From: Raillietiella orientalis
Taxonomy: Eukaryota
DNA length: 64,000 bases
NCBI GenBank assembly: GCA_036172245.1
Contig: JAYWIR010000057.1
Span: 186,001 to 250,000 of the forward strand
Direction: 5' to 3'
Shown here piece by piece: positions 13,173 to 25,608 of this stretch; the stretch's first letter is position 1; each line of letters starts with the position of its first letter. The notes below the pieces were generated by a model. It was given only the letters and a program-made list of their open reading frames with translations. It was not told the DNA's origin and made no database searches. Made by a program: the position numbers and the translations under genes.

Positions 13173-13479
13173 GCAGAGACTCTGGAAGTCACCGAGGAGC
13201 CTCAACGCAGTGGGCGCATAGGTGCAGCAGACCAGCATCCCTCAATCCTCTCTTCAATGGTGCAAAGCAGATGCGCGGAAAATGGAAAAATCTGTGGTCT
13301 CTGCAGCCTCAGAACTCCTTCTCCTCCTCCTTCCGATTTCCAGGAACCTGGTAGTCCTCGGAAAGCGCCACGGGTGGTTCCAGACAGGCAGGGAGGCATG
13401 TGCCAGAGGAAGAGTGAAGCTTCCGGAAACTTCCGATCACTTCCTACCGAAATCAACCGCTTCTTCACAGAAGACTTCT

Positions 13480-13790
13480 TTAGAAGATGTTGCAGCATCT
13501 CGAAAATGAGCTCTGTGCCATCCTCGAACCTCTCTTTTCTTCCTGACGGAACGCGGCTCGGAGACTCCAAGATGTCAGCGGAGGCGTTGCCGCCCCTCTT
13601 TCCAGTCGTTGGTCAGCACCACATCCAAGCTGCTTGGAGGATGTGCTGGCTCGTGCGTTCAGCGAGCATCCCTGATACTGTGGCGGGCACCCAGGACGAC
13701 CTCAAGGTGCCGCTCTCCGCATGGCTGCCAAGTCCAAGGTCCCTCAGTACAGCATTACTTCGAGGACCCCGGGATCCAAGGGCGTGGATC
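13480..13790 (-). mobile_element. RTE-like LINE 3' fragment
   Basis: Degenerate RRLRWxGH...KRGRPxxW...WxxxAxxR-like C-terminal pattern recognised by eye. Confidence 0.4.
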
Positions 13791-13877
13791 CTAGTCTGCA
13801 TCCCTTGACCACTGCTAAGCCACTGTCAGTAACCGGCTCTCTTTTGCTGAACGTCGGTCTTGAGCGCATCTTCCCTG

Positions 13878-14691
13878 CTTTTTTTTGTTTTTTCTGTGAG
13901 GGGGCATTCCGGGACGGGAACACACCCTGAATCCAGGAAGGTTCCGGAGGAAGGAGTTCGTTCTACGCTTGGGAGGGAACCCCGAAAGGAACCCTCCACC
14001 CTGGTTGTCTCGAAAGGGAATCCCGAAGGGAACCTTTCTTAGTCTTCCCTGAGAGGTCGGTCACCCGGAGGGAACCACTCCTTATTTCTTCTCCGGAAAG
14101 AACCTGAAAGGGAACCGCTCCTTGATACTTCTCTGAAGAGAATCCCTAAAGGACTCTTCCCAATTTCTCTGACTCATACTTACCTAGCTTCGAGATGAAT
14201 TGTGATCAAGACAGCAATTCCTCCGGAGCGAAGTCTGGCAGTGCACGCTGGCGAGGCTGACTTCCGCGATAACCCCAAACGCGGGTTACTCGAAAGCATA
14301 ATTTCTCTGTAGGGACCCTCTCCGAAAGGAGCAGCGAGCTTCTTACCCTCTAGACAACGACCAACACCAGAGGGGAATATCAACCAGCTCCAACCTCCGT
14401 GGTACACCTCCATTTCCACAACCGGAGGGAAGCTTCGAGGGGAGCCAGCCCCTTGATTCCTGGAAGGACCCTAGAGGGTCAACTTTCAGTCCCGGCCAGT
14501 CGACGGGAGCATCCGGTTTCCAGCTTCTATCAGTGCCACACACGAAGCCCTCAGTCCAACCAGTGTCAGCTTGCGGTGGATACTCTAAACCCATGACGCA
14601 CCCCCTATTCTAGACATTGACTCTTCCTCGGGCGGGATTCGAACCCGCAGCGCTCGGTCCGCGACATGGCTGCGGTCTCCACGTGGGCGCC
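13878..14691 (-). mobile_element. tRNA-headed SINE copy
   Basis: B box GGTTCGAATCC (plus strand ggattcgaacc ~14635-14645); body shared with the other copies; short A-rich end. Confidence 0.8.
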
Positions 14692-15019
14692 AACGCTGGG
14701 CTTCCCCATTTTCAAACTGCGTCCAAGACGATGGTGTCACTGCGGCATCATGAAACCCGAACGCAGTAGTGGATGCGTGCTGGGAGCCCTCTGGTTCGCG
14801 TCCGTGAGCTGCCTTCCGGCTACCGTCGCGTCCTCCGGCCACTCAGCAGCCGCATGTCCTGCGAAGACGACCGCGACTCGCGCGACGATGCAGGTTGGGA
14901 GTCTGTGCCTCTCGTAACGGGCGGCGCGACGTCGGCAGGAGCACTCCCTCTCCTTGGGATACCCTCCGGCTTCCCGCTTAGGTCCGGAGGGCCGGGGAGC
15001 GGGGCAAAGAAGAAATGCC

Positions 15020-15960
15020 GTTTCGGACGGCAAGAAATTGGTTGCAGCAGCTGATACTTCGGCGTCTCTGGGAAGACGTCCTTTCGAGAAACTGGGCGCA
15101 CTTCATCCAAGAGACGTGTTGGTAGCATCAGCCACCGTGGTGGGTGGACGATACCATCTCTGTTCCCATCCTCTTCTTGAGAACCACTAGCCCTCCGTAT
15201 GCCAGTATTCGAAGCAGATCTGGCGGCACCTGTCCCATAGAAGGAGCGTCCTGCCGGAGTCCACCGCAGGGATGATGTTCCTTCAAAGGAACATCATCCC
15301 TGCGGCGGGGAATAAACTCAGGGAATCGCTGACCTACTGATGGTTTCCTTTGATCAGTGATCATGAGAAACTCCGCCTTCTTCAGACTGACTTGGAAGCC
15401 ATACACGACCTCCTTCGACCCTGAAAATCCTCTAGCGCCGCTTCCACCGTCCCCTGGGCGCCCCTCAAACTCGTGGGCCGCTCGGGGGAGGATGCGAGAG
15501 CAGCGTGCTGCATTGGCGCGCGCTCGTGGCAAGGAGGACCCTGCGTGGAAACGGCGCCCTTCCTCCCGCCCCATTCCGGCGCGCAGGAAACTCAGTTCGG
15601 GGAGTTCCCTCCGGCGCTGCCGAAGTCAGCTGCGGTCGCTCCCACCAGAAGAGGACGACCTTCAGAGCCGCATGCGAGTACTTGGATTCAGGGCTCCCGT
15701 TCGCCGGAACTCCGCTGCGAGTCTCCTCCTTCCACCAGCCGCGGAGGTCAGACGTTCCAGAAGATGCATCCTGGAACACGGAGGAACACGAGAACGGCCT
15801 CTGACACGAGACTCCGCGAAACGTTCGGTCCAGATGAAGTCCCGTTCCAGATTTCCGCAGCTGAGGCGATGGAGGCCACGACCTCAGAGCAGACGAGGGA
15901 ACTCCTCAAAGTCTTCTCCGGGGGTCACCAGCAGCCTCCAATTCAACGGAACGACCCGAG
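15020..15960 (-). mobile_element. RTE-like LINE reverse transcriptase/3' fragment
   Basis: ETRSGVPANGS (cf. TGVxQG), YGFQVSLKKAEFL (cf. GLxIxxxKTxxM) and a PxxLLYG-like C-terminal segment. Confidence 0.5.
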
Positions 15961-16199
15961 TTTCTTGAGAGGTCGTGTCCGTGGAGACGGAGATGGATGA
16001 GAAGGGTCACAGTGGTCGTTCCTCCCGTGACGGTGGGTGGGTAGCTTCAGAGTCTGCTGCGCGCCGCCGTGGAAGCACGCGTGACTTCACCTTTCCGATC
16101 CAGAATGATCTAGAAGTTCGGGATGCACCACTAAGAGGGCGTTTCAGTGGCTTGCTGGTAATCCTTTCGGATTCTTCCGCTTCGCTGCTTTCCTTCCAG

Positions 16200-16715
16200 C
16201 CTTTTCTTTCTTTCTTATTTTTGGTCCGCCAAGTGCTGAAGAACCGTTAGCCTTAAGGGGGGTTCACGTAGCTCTTTAACACTATCCACGCCACCCGAGG
16301 GTGTGTGTGACTCTTTAAGTTCGAAGGTGATCCCGGAGGAATCATCCTGTGGATCCAGCAAGGGCTCCGGAGGAAGAAGTTCGTTCCTCTTATGCTTAGT
16401 AGGGAATCCGGAAGAGAACCCTCTCCCTGGTTGTCTCCGAAGGGAACCACGATGGGACTCTCTTCCTCATTCTCTCTGGAGGGACCCCGGAGGGTCAACT
16501 TCCAATCCCGGCCATTCAACAGAAACATCTGGTTTTCGGCTTCCACCAATGCCTCACCCAAAGACCATAGGCCAACCAGCGTCATCCTGCAGGAGGGGGT
16601 GGGGACTCGAAACCCATGAATCACTCTCCGCTCTCGGCGTCTTTCCTTCCCCGGGTGGGATTCGAACCCTCAACGCTTAGTGCCACGCGTGAAGGCCGGC
16701 AACAAGGACGATTGC
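16200..16715 (-). mobile_element. tRNA-headed SINE copy (tail type A)
   Basis: B box at ~16658-16668; shared body; tail gtggatagtgttaaagagct...aacggttcttcagcact followed by an A-rich end. Confidence 0.8.
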
Positions 16716-19700
16716 GCAATTGCTATTCCGGCTAGTGGCTCGGACGGCGTGTCCCGCTGCACCATTTGTTAGCACGCACCATCGTGCTCCCCAGGCTGAG
16801 CGCGAGCCACTCCCCGGCTCCACCTCTAGGGCTTCTCCGGTTCCTGGATGCCACGATCGCAGCGAGTTCGGCTCTGGCAATCGGACCGACGGTCGGATTC
16901 CTCCGGGGAAGGGAGGAGCCTCCGTGCTTTCTGCCCTTCCTCACCGCCGGGTCTTCCGAGGACAGAAATGATTCGATTCCTTTCCAGGGGAGGCACCGTG
17001 CTCGCCCGACCTCACGAGGGCGGATTGGCTGTAAGAGACTAGAACCTTTGATGACGACAGCGTCGTGCCACCTGGTGATGGGATCGATGCGTCACACGCA
17101 GCGCCTATCACGCGCTGCAGAGTCACGTCGTGCTTCAGGAGAGCCTTCACCGTGCCCTTTCCTGGCGAGGAAGGTAACCCACGCCCGTCGTCAAGGAGAC
17201 GGGAGGGTGGGACAGTGTCTTTCGATCCCAGATCTTTCGGCGCGCTCTGGTAGCCCTGTCCGAGGTCGTTTGCAGGAGATGCTGCTGCTAGCAGAATGCT
17301 ACAGGAAGATGCCTTCAGGGACTCGAGCGGAGGAATGACTTCCGGGAACTGCTTCAGCGCGTGGGCCACGGCTTTCACCGGCAGATTCTTCCCAGTTCTT
17401 CAGGAGATTGCAATTTCGGAAAGGGAACGTTCGTGGGAAGCGCGTGTGTCGCTCTGCCCCGGGTTCTTTGGATGCCTCTCTCCTGAGCCTTCGTGACCTT
17501 CACGCTCTCTTGTTTCCAGAGGTCGCATCCATCCTCGCCCGAAGAGTGCAGCCTCACCAGCAGTCAGCGCCGATGGGCGACGAAGGGCAGGCAGTTCAAC
17601 GGTGGAGGTTGTCGCCTTGTTTTTCCTTTTGGAGTCGTCCCTGTGGTGACTGCCCAAACGACCGCTAGTGCCCACATGACGGCTCTGAAGGGGGAACCTG
17701 GGAAACCGGCGGTTTCGCCTCTCTGACAGGCTTACCCTGCCTTCAGTCTGCCGAGCGCCGATGCGCCTGCCCTCTTCTTCTTTGCCTGGCGGCGAAATCA
17801 GGCAGACGGAGCGATGAAGGTGTTCCCCCTCCCTCCTTCCTTCCCGCACGCACCCGGGAAGCGCTTCGACAGGGAACCCTCCTCGCGGGCGCTGCACCGC
17901 ACGAGGCATTGTTGACCGATAAGTTGGGGTAGTGCTCTGAGGAAGAATCAATTAAGCGCCGCGCGCGCTTTGGGGCGAGAGGCCGCTGTCCGCTCCCTAC
18001 AGCCGCTGCCGCACCTCGGCGTTTATTAATTTTCCCTGGGAAGATCGACGAGGAGGTTCCTGGTCCGCCGGACTCTCTCGATCCCTAGGTTGCCGGTTGC
18101 GTCGTAGCCTCCCGCGTGGGGCACCGCCATTCAGGGAACAGCCCGCCCACGATCTACCGGACGCGTGGAACTGGCAGCGCGCGACTCGACCTCGGGCGCC
18201 CCCTGCTGCCTTGCGCACCGGGCGGGAGTGGAGTCGGTTCCCACCCGCGGGTCTCATCCCTTCCCTACCCGCTTGCGGCTGCCAGGAGCGATCGAAACTT
18301 TCCGTGGGAACCCACGTGCGACCCACGTAGGGACCGCTGCTGACCGCGGGCACCTCCCGCGAAGACCGCCGCATGGCTTCCTTCCCGCCCCGCGTGCCCT
18401 CTGCGCGTTGGCTCCGACCGCCATTCTATCTTTAAGCTTGCTGCTCCTCGTTCCCGGCGCGGCTGCAGACGTCCTGGTTCCCGTGTTTTGGCACCACCGG
18501 AGCTTCTCCTCCGCCGTCGCCTTGGAAATTCTGTTTATCTGCTCCTGCTGTATCCACTCGTCTGTTTGTTTACTCGAAGGATAATTGGAGAAGGGGAGAG
18601 GACGCGCTCGCTTCCCGGCACGCTGCTGCAGGGGTTTGAAAAAGCCCGACACTCCATTGCTTGGAAACGGGAACGAAACGACCCGGTAGCTGCGAGCGAC
18701 GCCTCCCACGAGCCACTGCCGACCAGACGGGGTCGGTGCGGGTGGCTCCGCAGGCGGTCGCCGGATGTGGCATAGACGGGCGAGAAAGCCGTCAGCAGAG
18801 CCGGATGGCGCGAAGAGGGTGAGAGGGCGCAGCCGCCGCGGCGTCTCCCCCGCGCTCCTCCCCCGCACCTTCTGCTGCCGCCGCGCGAAGAATCGCTAAA
18901 TTTAAACTCGCGGGATGCCGAGATGCTCCAGTCGAAGGGAGCGCGCGCCGGCTATCGGGCGGAGTCGCGTGCGGGCACGCGGACAGCTTCTCCCGGCAAC
19001 TCGGTCGCCCTGGTGGCGCCCCTGCATCTGTGCTCCCTCTCCTCCCTCTGGACGGGCGTTCCCAGCACGCCGCCGGCGAGGACCCGACCGGCCACCCATA
19101 TGGGAGACAAGCGGAGCCTTCCGGGAACCGTCCCGACGTTCCAAGCTCGCTTTCTCCAGGAAGGGACCCGCGATCGCGTCTCGGGACACGCACTCCCGTC
19201 GGAGCCTCAGCAGAGCTCCCGTACCGAAATGAGGGATGCGTGCCTCCTTCTCTCCCCCCCCCCTCCCTTCCTCCCTTTTCCCCGGGCGGGAAGCACCGCA
19301 AATATTTGGTTTGCGCTCCACCAGACTTCCGGGATTACCTCAAGGAATGGCAGGAGACTGAGGGATGCGCTCCGCGTCCCGTAATGGTCGAGAGGGATTA
19401 GGGCTAAGCTTGGGCTTCCGTGTGGGTCGTCTTGCACGCCTGCCACGTGATGGCCTCCACCTATTCCCACGTAGGAGGATGAAAAATGGGGCGCCTGGAG
19501 CGGCTTTCTTAGGTCGTGGAGCAGAGGAGTCCGCGGGAGGGTCAGGTCGACACCTTCGGGGAGGCTTCCCGGCACGCGGGAGATTGCTGCTCCCAGGAAG
19601 ACCTCAGGCGCCTCTCTCCTCCCGGTCAGGAAGGTCCGCACCCGTGAGGAGGTCGTGATGAGACAATCCCACCCGTCTCTGGGGCAACGGACCACTGGTG

Positions 19701-22700
19701 CTCGCGGACGGGAGTCTCTCTGCGCGCCCTTCCCGGAGCGAGCAAGAGTCGGCGAATCAGTCCAGGTGCGCACCCCTCCCGACTGGGCGTCTCTTTTCCC
19801 TTCCCACTTACCCGGCTATCCCACTCGGAAGGTACTGCGCAGGTCCTAAATGGCGCTGTTCTCCATGGGAATCTCAGACGTAGAAGGAAGACCTGCGCCC
19901 GATCGGCCAGGAGAGGTTACCGGGAGCATCCATCCGAGATCGAGATGGAGGCGGTGGCCATGCTGTGCCAGCGCGCCCCCTTTCCACTCCCGGTTTGTCC
20001 ACAGCTACTCAACGGGGGAGATGCCTCCCCTCCTCCCGGTCGCTTCGATTCCCGTACAATGACGCCCCGGTGATCGGTAGACCCGTCGAGACCCCGTGCT
20101 GAGGGAGGAAGAGGGGTCCCTGCAGAAGAGGAGGGAGGTCCCCCAGGGCACCCGCACGTGCGCAGCCGAGTCAGCCCGGCGAGTCAGCGGGCGCAAGGGT
20201 GGAGGGGGAAACGTCGCGCAACCTTCCCTCCCCTCCCCTCCTTCTTAGGGCCCGCGTTTCCTCGCGACGCGCACGCCGGCGCGGCGGCAGAGCGCGCGCT
20301 GCCGCCCCTTCCGGTGCGAGCAGGCGGAAGGAGTGCCTCCTCGCGCGGGCGTCCCCCTGGCGACGAGGCAGCGATCCTGCTGGCGGCTCCCACGGGGCGC
20401 GCTGCTCCCTCCCAATCCCCCCGGCGAGATACGATCTGCCGCCATGGGAACGAAGGGGAGCGGAGGAGGAGCCGCCCCGTGCGTGCCTCCGTAGCGGGAG
20501 AGCGAACGCATCCAGAGGGGCGTGTCAGAAGAACCCGTCCCGATAGGGGCTCAATCTGCTCCGGCGACCCACCTGACCCTAGGGTGCCCTTCCGGCTCGA
20601 GGAGGCTGAGTGCCATCGCGCCCGGGAATACGCCTCCTCCTCCCCCTCTCCATCCTGCCGAGGGTTCCAGAGGGACTGTCGCTCCCGGCGGGCGGCTCTC
20701 TCTGCTCGAAGGGTGAGGTGGGTCCGGGAGAACAGAGGGAGGCACTTTCGGGGCCCTCAGATGAACCCTCGGCGGCGGGGGTAGGCAGCTCCGCCGTTCA
20801 CGCCGCCGCGGAGGCGGCGAGGCGCGAATCTTTCCGCTGGCGCCCCCTCCCGGACAAGGCCTTCCTGGAGGCAGCTGCAGCCGGGCGAGCTCCGGTTGCA
20901 CCTTTACCCGGAAGCACCCCGCCCGGTGAGGGGAGGGGAAAAAGTAAGTTTCTCTCGGAGGAGGGATCGGGGCCGGGCGGTTGTTCTCGCCTTTTGTTCC
21001 CGGCCGCCTTGGGACGGTCCCTCGGACCCGGAGGAAGAAGAGAGGAGACCCGCCGGATCGCTGCCGGCGGCATCACGTCGCAGGCTGGGCACGTTCCCCG
21101 GAGCCGTGGAAACGGTGTCCCGGAGCTCCCCTCCTTCGCGGAAGAGGAGGTGTGGGGAGTCCTTTAGGGTGTCCCCCTCCAGAGCCGTTCCTCTGGAGGA
21201 AGAAGGGACAGCTAAGGGAGAACCACTGAGCTTCCCTTCTCCGCCACCCTGAGCTACTTCGAACCGGCGCATCCGTGAAAACGCGCGAAGGGGCGAAGAG
21301 AAGGGAACGGAGGGGAGGGAGCAAGCCGCCGCCCCTCGATGCTGACTGACCCCCCTCTGTGGGGAAACGAGGGGGTCCGGTATGTCCCTTCTCCGTTCCC
21401 CCGGCGCGCGGGTCCTCTCTGCTGCCCCGGGCCGGGAATTCGCAGGTGCACAGGCGGGGGTCCCACCTAATCCGGCCATTGTCGCGTCGTTATCCCGGGC
21501 GCGGGGGGAGGGAAGAAAGGAAGTCAATGGAGCGCGTCCCGGAGCACCCGGGAACAAACAACCACCAGCTGCTCAGCCCATTGTGCGCGCAGCGGCGGCC
21601 GGGAGCGGCCGGCGGAGGGACCTCAGGCAACTGAAGCGCCGCGGAGGCCGAAGGAGGGGGCATCGTCGTCCCACGGCCCCTCTTCCTGCGCGTGCTCACC
21701 CGGGTAGGGAGCCTCGTCCGGCCGGGAGAGCTTCGGACCTCGTCCGTCCCACCACAACAGGAGGCCCGTCCTCCGCTCCCGGATTAGCCGCTCCCGAGCC
21801 GCTCCCGGATTAGCGCCTGCGATCCCGGCTCCTACCTGGAATCGCGCACCGCCGTCTGAAAGGAATCACCTGGGAGGTGCCAGAGGCCGCCGTTAATCTT
21901 TCTGGGGGAACTTCCCTTCCCCCCCTCCAGCCTTCGCTTCCGCATGCGGGATTAGGGAGGACAATGGGGAGGGGGCCGGACGCGCTTTTTTGTGTGCTGG
22001 CCAAACTCGCCCTCCCTGGAGCCTCCGCCGGCCTTCTTCAGGGAGAGGGATCGGGAGCACCCTCCGGGACTTCGTTCGGGTGCGAAGGATCCCTATCCGT
22101 GGCCCCAACGGGCGGCACCTTCAGGGCCTCCTTCGCGGGAGGGCCGACTGTAGGGCGGATGCGCGCTGACTCTTTCCGTCCCCGGGGCGGCGCACGGAGC
22201 AGCGCGCGCGCTCTCGGGGCCGCTGACAAGCCTCGATGGAAGCGGGCCAAGCCCCTCAGCCGGGACAGAGGGGATCCGGGATAAGGACCTCCCTCTTCTT
22301 CCTCCTGGGGATAGCAGGCGGGCGACGCAGGAACGGCTCGGCTGCCTCCGGGAAGCCCACCAGAACCCACAAGATGGCGGTAGGCTCTGGTGGCTGCTAG
22401 GGCTCTCCCCCGTATGGTGCAGGGTGCGCACCGAAACGCGCTCTCAACCTCCGAAGAGCAACCGTTCCTCCGGGATGTGCACGGGAAGGAGGGTTGCGCT
22501 ACCAGAGGGCGGATGGCGACGACGAAGCCTCGGAGACGAAGTGACCTCGATCCATTCTCTAACTTTCGATGGGCGGAAAGAGTCTAGTGGCCGGTCCCCC
22601 TTTCGGAGCGCAGAACCCGTCTCGTGGGGAGGGAGGAGGAAGGAAATCAAACACCGGCTGCGACGGTGCACCCGTGTTGCGCAACATGGAAGGCGCCGGT

Positions 22701-23911
22701 TGCCGGGGGTAACGGGACGGCGGTGGCCGCGCGAATCCTCTGGAAATCTCCCGCCGAGGCAACCGGCCCCGGAGATGGAAGGAACCCGTCCCTGAGCTCC
22801 GTCGTCGGGAGACGCCGGCTTCCTTCCTTTTCCTCTCTAGGACGACGGGTGGAGAACGGGGGGGGGAAAGATGGCGGGGAAAAAAAGTCGCTCTCACGGC
22901 GCGTCCGGGACATCCCTGGCCGCCGGAGACAGGAATCAGGAGGCGAGCGGAAAGAGGAGCGCGAACCGCTGCTGCTCCGGAAGGGTCGCACTGGATGTGG
23001 GATCTCGCAGCGGAAGGAACAGTCCAGCGCATCCTCGCGGGAGGAAGAGCGAAACCTCGGAAGCAGCTCGCGTCCTCCTCCCAAGGTCATCGTCGCCTTG
23101 AGGGAGCGGGTAGGGGAGGTGGATGGACTTCTGAAGGAGAAATCACCGCTAGCCGCTCTTCAGCGGAGGGATCAAGGACACACAGGCCGCGACCTCGGAC
23201 GCCCTGGGCGATTTCTTCCGGATCGGTCGCCAAGGAGACGCTTGTCAGGCAGGAGGAGGGACGCCAAGTGTTAGCGTCCTCCGGCTCTCTCCTCCTCCCC
23301 TTTGCCATCTCTCGGAGACGCCCCCGAGCAGGGGAGTGCAGCAGCCCCGGGAACGAGCGGCGGCATGGGGGAAGCGGAGAGCTCCCGATCGCAGGCGGGG
23401 CGGCGGAAGTGCCATCCCGCTGCGATCCGATTGGCCGGTGTCGTCCCCTCTGGGCGGTAGCCTTCTCTCCCTCTTCCGCAGCTCGAGGGCGGCCGCTCGA
23501 GACCGCCGAAGCTGACTCCGGCAGCTGGAGGGCGCTCCCCAGCCCCAGGGCAACGGGAGCGAGGCCGGCGGGGGGGAGCGTGCACGCGCCGGGAAAGGGG
23601 TGAAAGCGAGAAGGTAGCCCTTGCTGGCTCACGGCGTATTGAAAAAGGGCTAGAAGGGAGGAAGGCGCCCCTGATGGCTAGCGGGAGCGCTCGGCCACCG
23701 CAACTCCCCGCCCCCCGCGCGCGTTCCTGAGCTACGCGCTTGAGCATGCGCGAGTCCAACGGGAACCCTGGAGGTGGCGAAAGCGACGCTGAAGGCTTTC
23801 CCGCGTTCCGGCAGGGTCGAAGGGTGAAGGGTGTGTGTCGCGTCCGGCCGAGGGGTGAAATTTCCCCATCCCCCACCCCCCTTTCCCAGAAAAGCTCCTT
23901 AGCATCCCAGA

Positions 23912-25608
23912 GTGCCGCGAGCAACCCTTAAATTAATCTTAACGAGGGGAGGAGGGCAGGCTGACCTCGCAGGGGGAAGGGGGTTGTGGTGCTCGAGGTC
24001 TTCCTACTCCTCAGGGCGCAGCGCCAGGAGGACAGCGGCCTCCCCGCCGGTTCTCCTTCGGGAAGAGGGAATCTTCCTCGTCTCCTTCCCGTGTACCTAC
24101 GTGCCCCCTTCCCCTCCCCCCACTCGAGGAGTCCGCTTGCCCGCGGAGCTCGGCATCTGCCAGCTCATCGATGACGCCCTGGGAGAGGGACCGCTCCCTC
24201 TCCCAGAAATGCCACCGCTGCCACTCCCGTTCGGTTTCCCGGAAACGGTTGTCCCGGATCCACTGGCCTAAATCCGGACCGGGCCGACGTGCAGCGAGCG
24301 GAGGGACCGGGAAGAGCCCTTCCCTCTGCGCGCGCGCCGTGCTGCCGTCTCCCGGAGCGGACGCTCGCTGCAGGTGCCACCTCGCCCCCCTGAGCTGCGT
24401 CTCGCCGCCGTCTCGCCGCTCCTGCCTCGAGCGTGCGGTTTGCCCTTCGCCGGCGACGCGGAAGCGCCCGCGGGTGGCGAATTTCGTTTGACGGCGGAAG
24501 CTGCGGTCCCCCCGATCTCGCGCCAGAGGGTGCTCAGGAGGCAAGGGTGGCCCTTTCGCCCCCCCTAAGCGGACAGACTGGAAGAAGGTCGGCGACGCCT
24601 GGGGTGTACTGGCCTTGGGAAGGAGGGGGAATTGGACCGAGGGCGCTACTCTGCACGAGCGCGTTCCTCGGACTCCCGCGCGGCGAGAGGCGAGGCCGTT
24701 CCGGAACGCCTGCGGATGCTGTTACATAGCGACGCTTCGGACGGGACTTCGGGTCTCTACTTCAACGCGAGGCCTCTCCCGGGGGTGGTCGCAGAGAGAT
24801 GGGCTGGTAGCCGGACGACCCGATGGAACGTCCCCGGGGAGGAGGTCGGGAGGAAGAGACGAGCCGGGATTGCCAAGGACCCCCCAAGTCGGACACGACG
24901 CGGTGGTCGCGACATCCCGCTATTCAGCCGCGGATCCGGGATTCTTTGTTTTTACAGACCCTTCCGGGCCTGGAAGCGGCGGCTGTCAGGGCGCAGCTGG
25001 GGAGCCGGGAGCTTCCCGTTGACGTCCTTGGGGTCCGCCTCCCGTCTGCGCCAATCCACCGGGGAGAGGCGGCCAAGGGACTTTCCTACACGAGGGAGGG
25101 GGGGGGGGAGACCTACAGCAGCGTTCGCGCCCCTCCTTCCCTTGGCCGGATGCCGAGGGGAAGGTGAGTCGCGGAGGTCGGCGACGAGTCGGAGCCCCGG
25201 GAGCGCCGCGGGTTGCCATGGGCGCCGAGTGCGTGAGAGCTGTTCCGCGGCTTCTTTCCCCCCTCCCTCCTCCTCCCTCCTCACTCCCCACTCTGCCTCG
25301 GCTCTTTCCTCCCCCTTCTCTCCCGACGGGTTCGGGCAGGGAGCAGCGGCGGCGGCGGCCTTTGTTGTTCCTGCCTGCCGCGGAGGAGGGGGGCGCTGCC
25401 GACACGGAGAGTCCCGGCGGCACCGGCAGGGAGGCTCATCACCCTCCTCCTCCTCCTTCTCGCTCGGAAAGAGGGGAAGACGAGGAGGAGAGAGGGGGGG
25501 GAGAACCTCCCCTACCGCTTCCGATCCTGGCTCTGTCCCCTTCCCCCGGCGAGGTCAGCCTGCCCGTCCTCCCCTCGTTAAGATTAATTTAAGGGTCGCT
25601 CGCGGCAC
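23912..25608. repeat. Pair of ~72-bp inverted repeats (23912-23982 and 25537-25608) enclosing ~1.55 kb; possible non-autonomous TIR element
   Basis: gtgccgcgagcaacccttaaattaatcttaacgaggggaggagggcaggctgacctcgcagggggaagggg versus the reverse complement of the right arm: 2 mismatches and 1 indel. Confidence 0.88.

Noticed and set aside
14630..14691. tRNA genes suggested by B boxes here and in the other copies
   Set aside because: No intact cloverleaf or acceptor stem; they are diverged SINE heads, mostly attached to a shared body.
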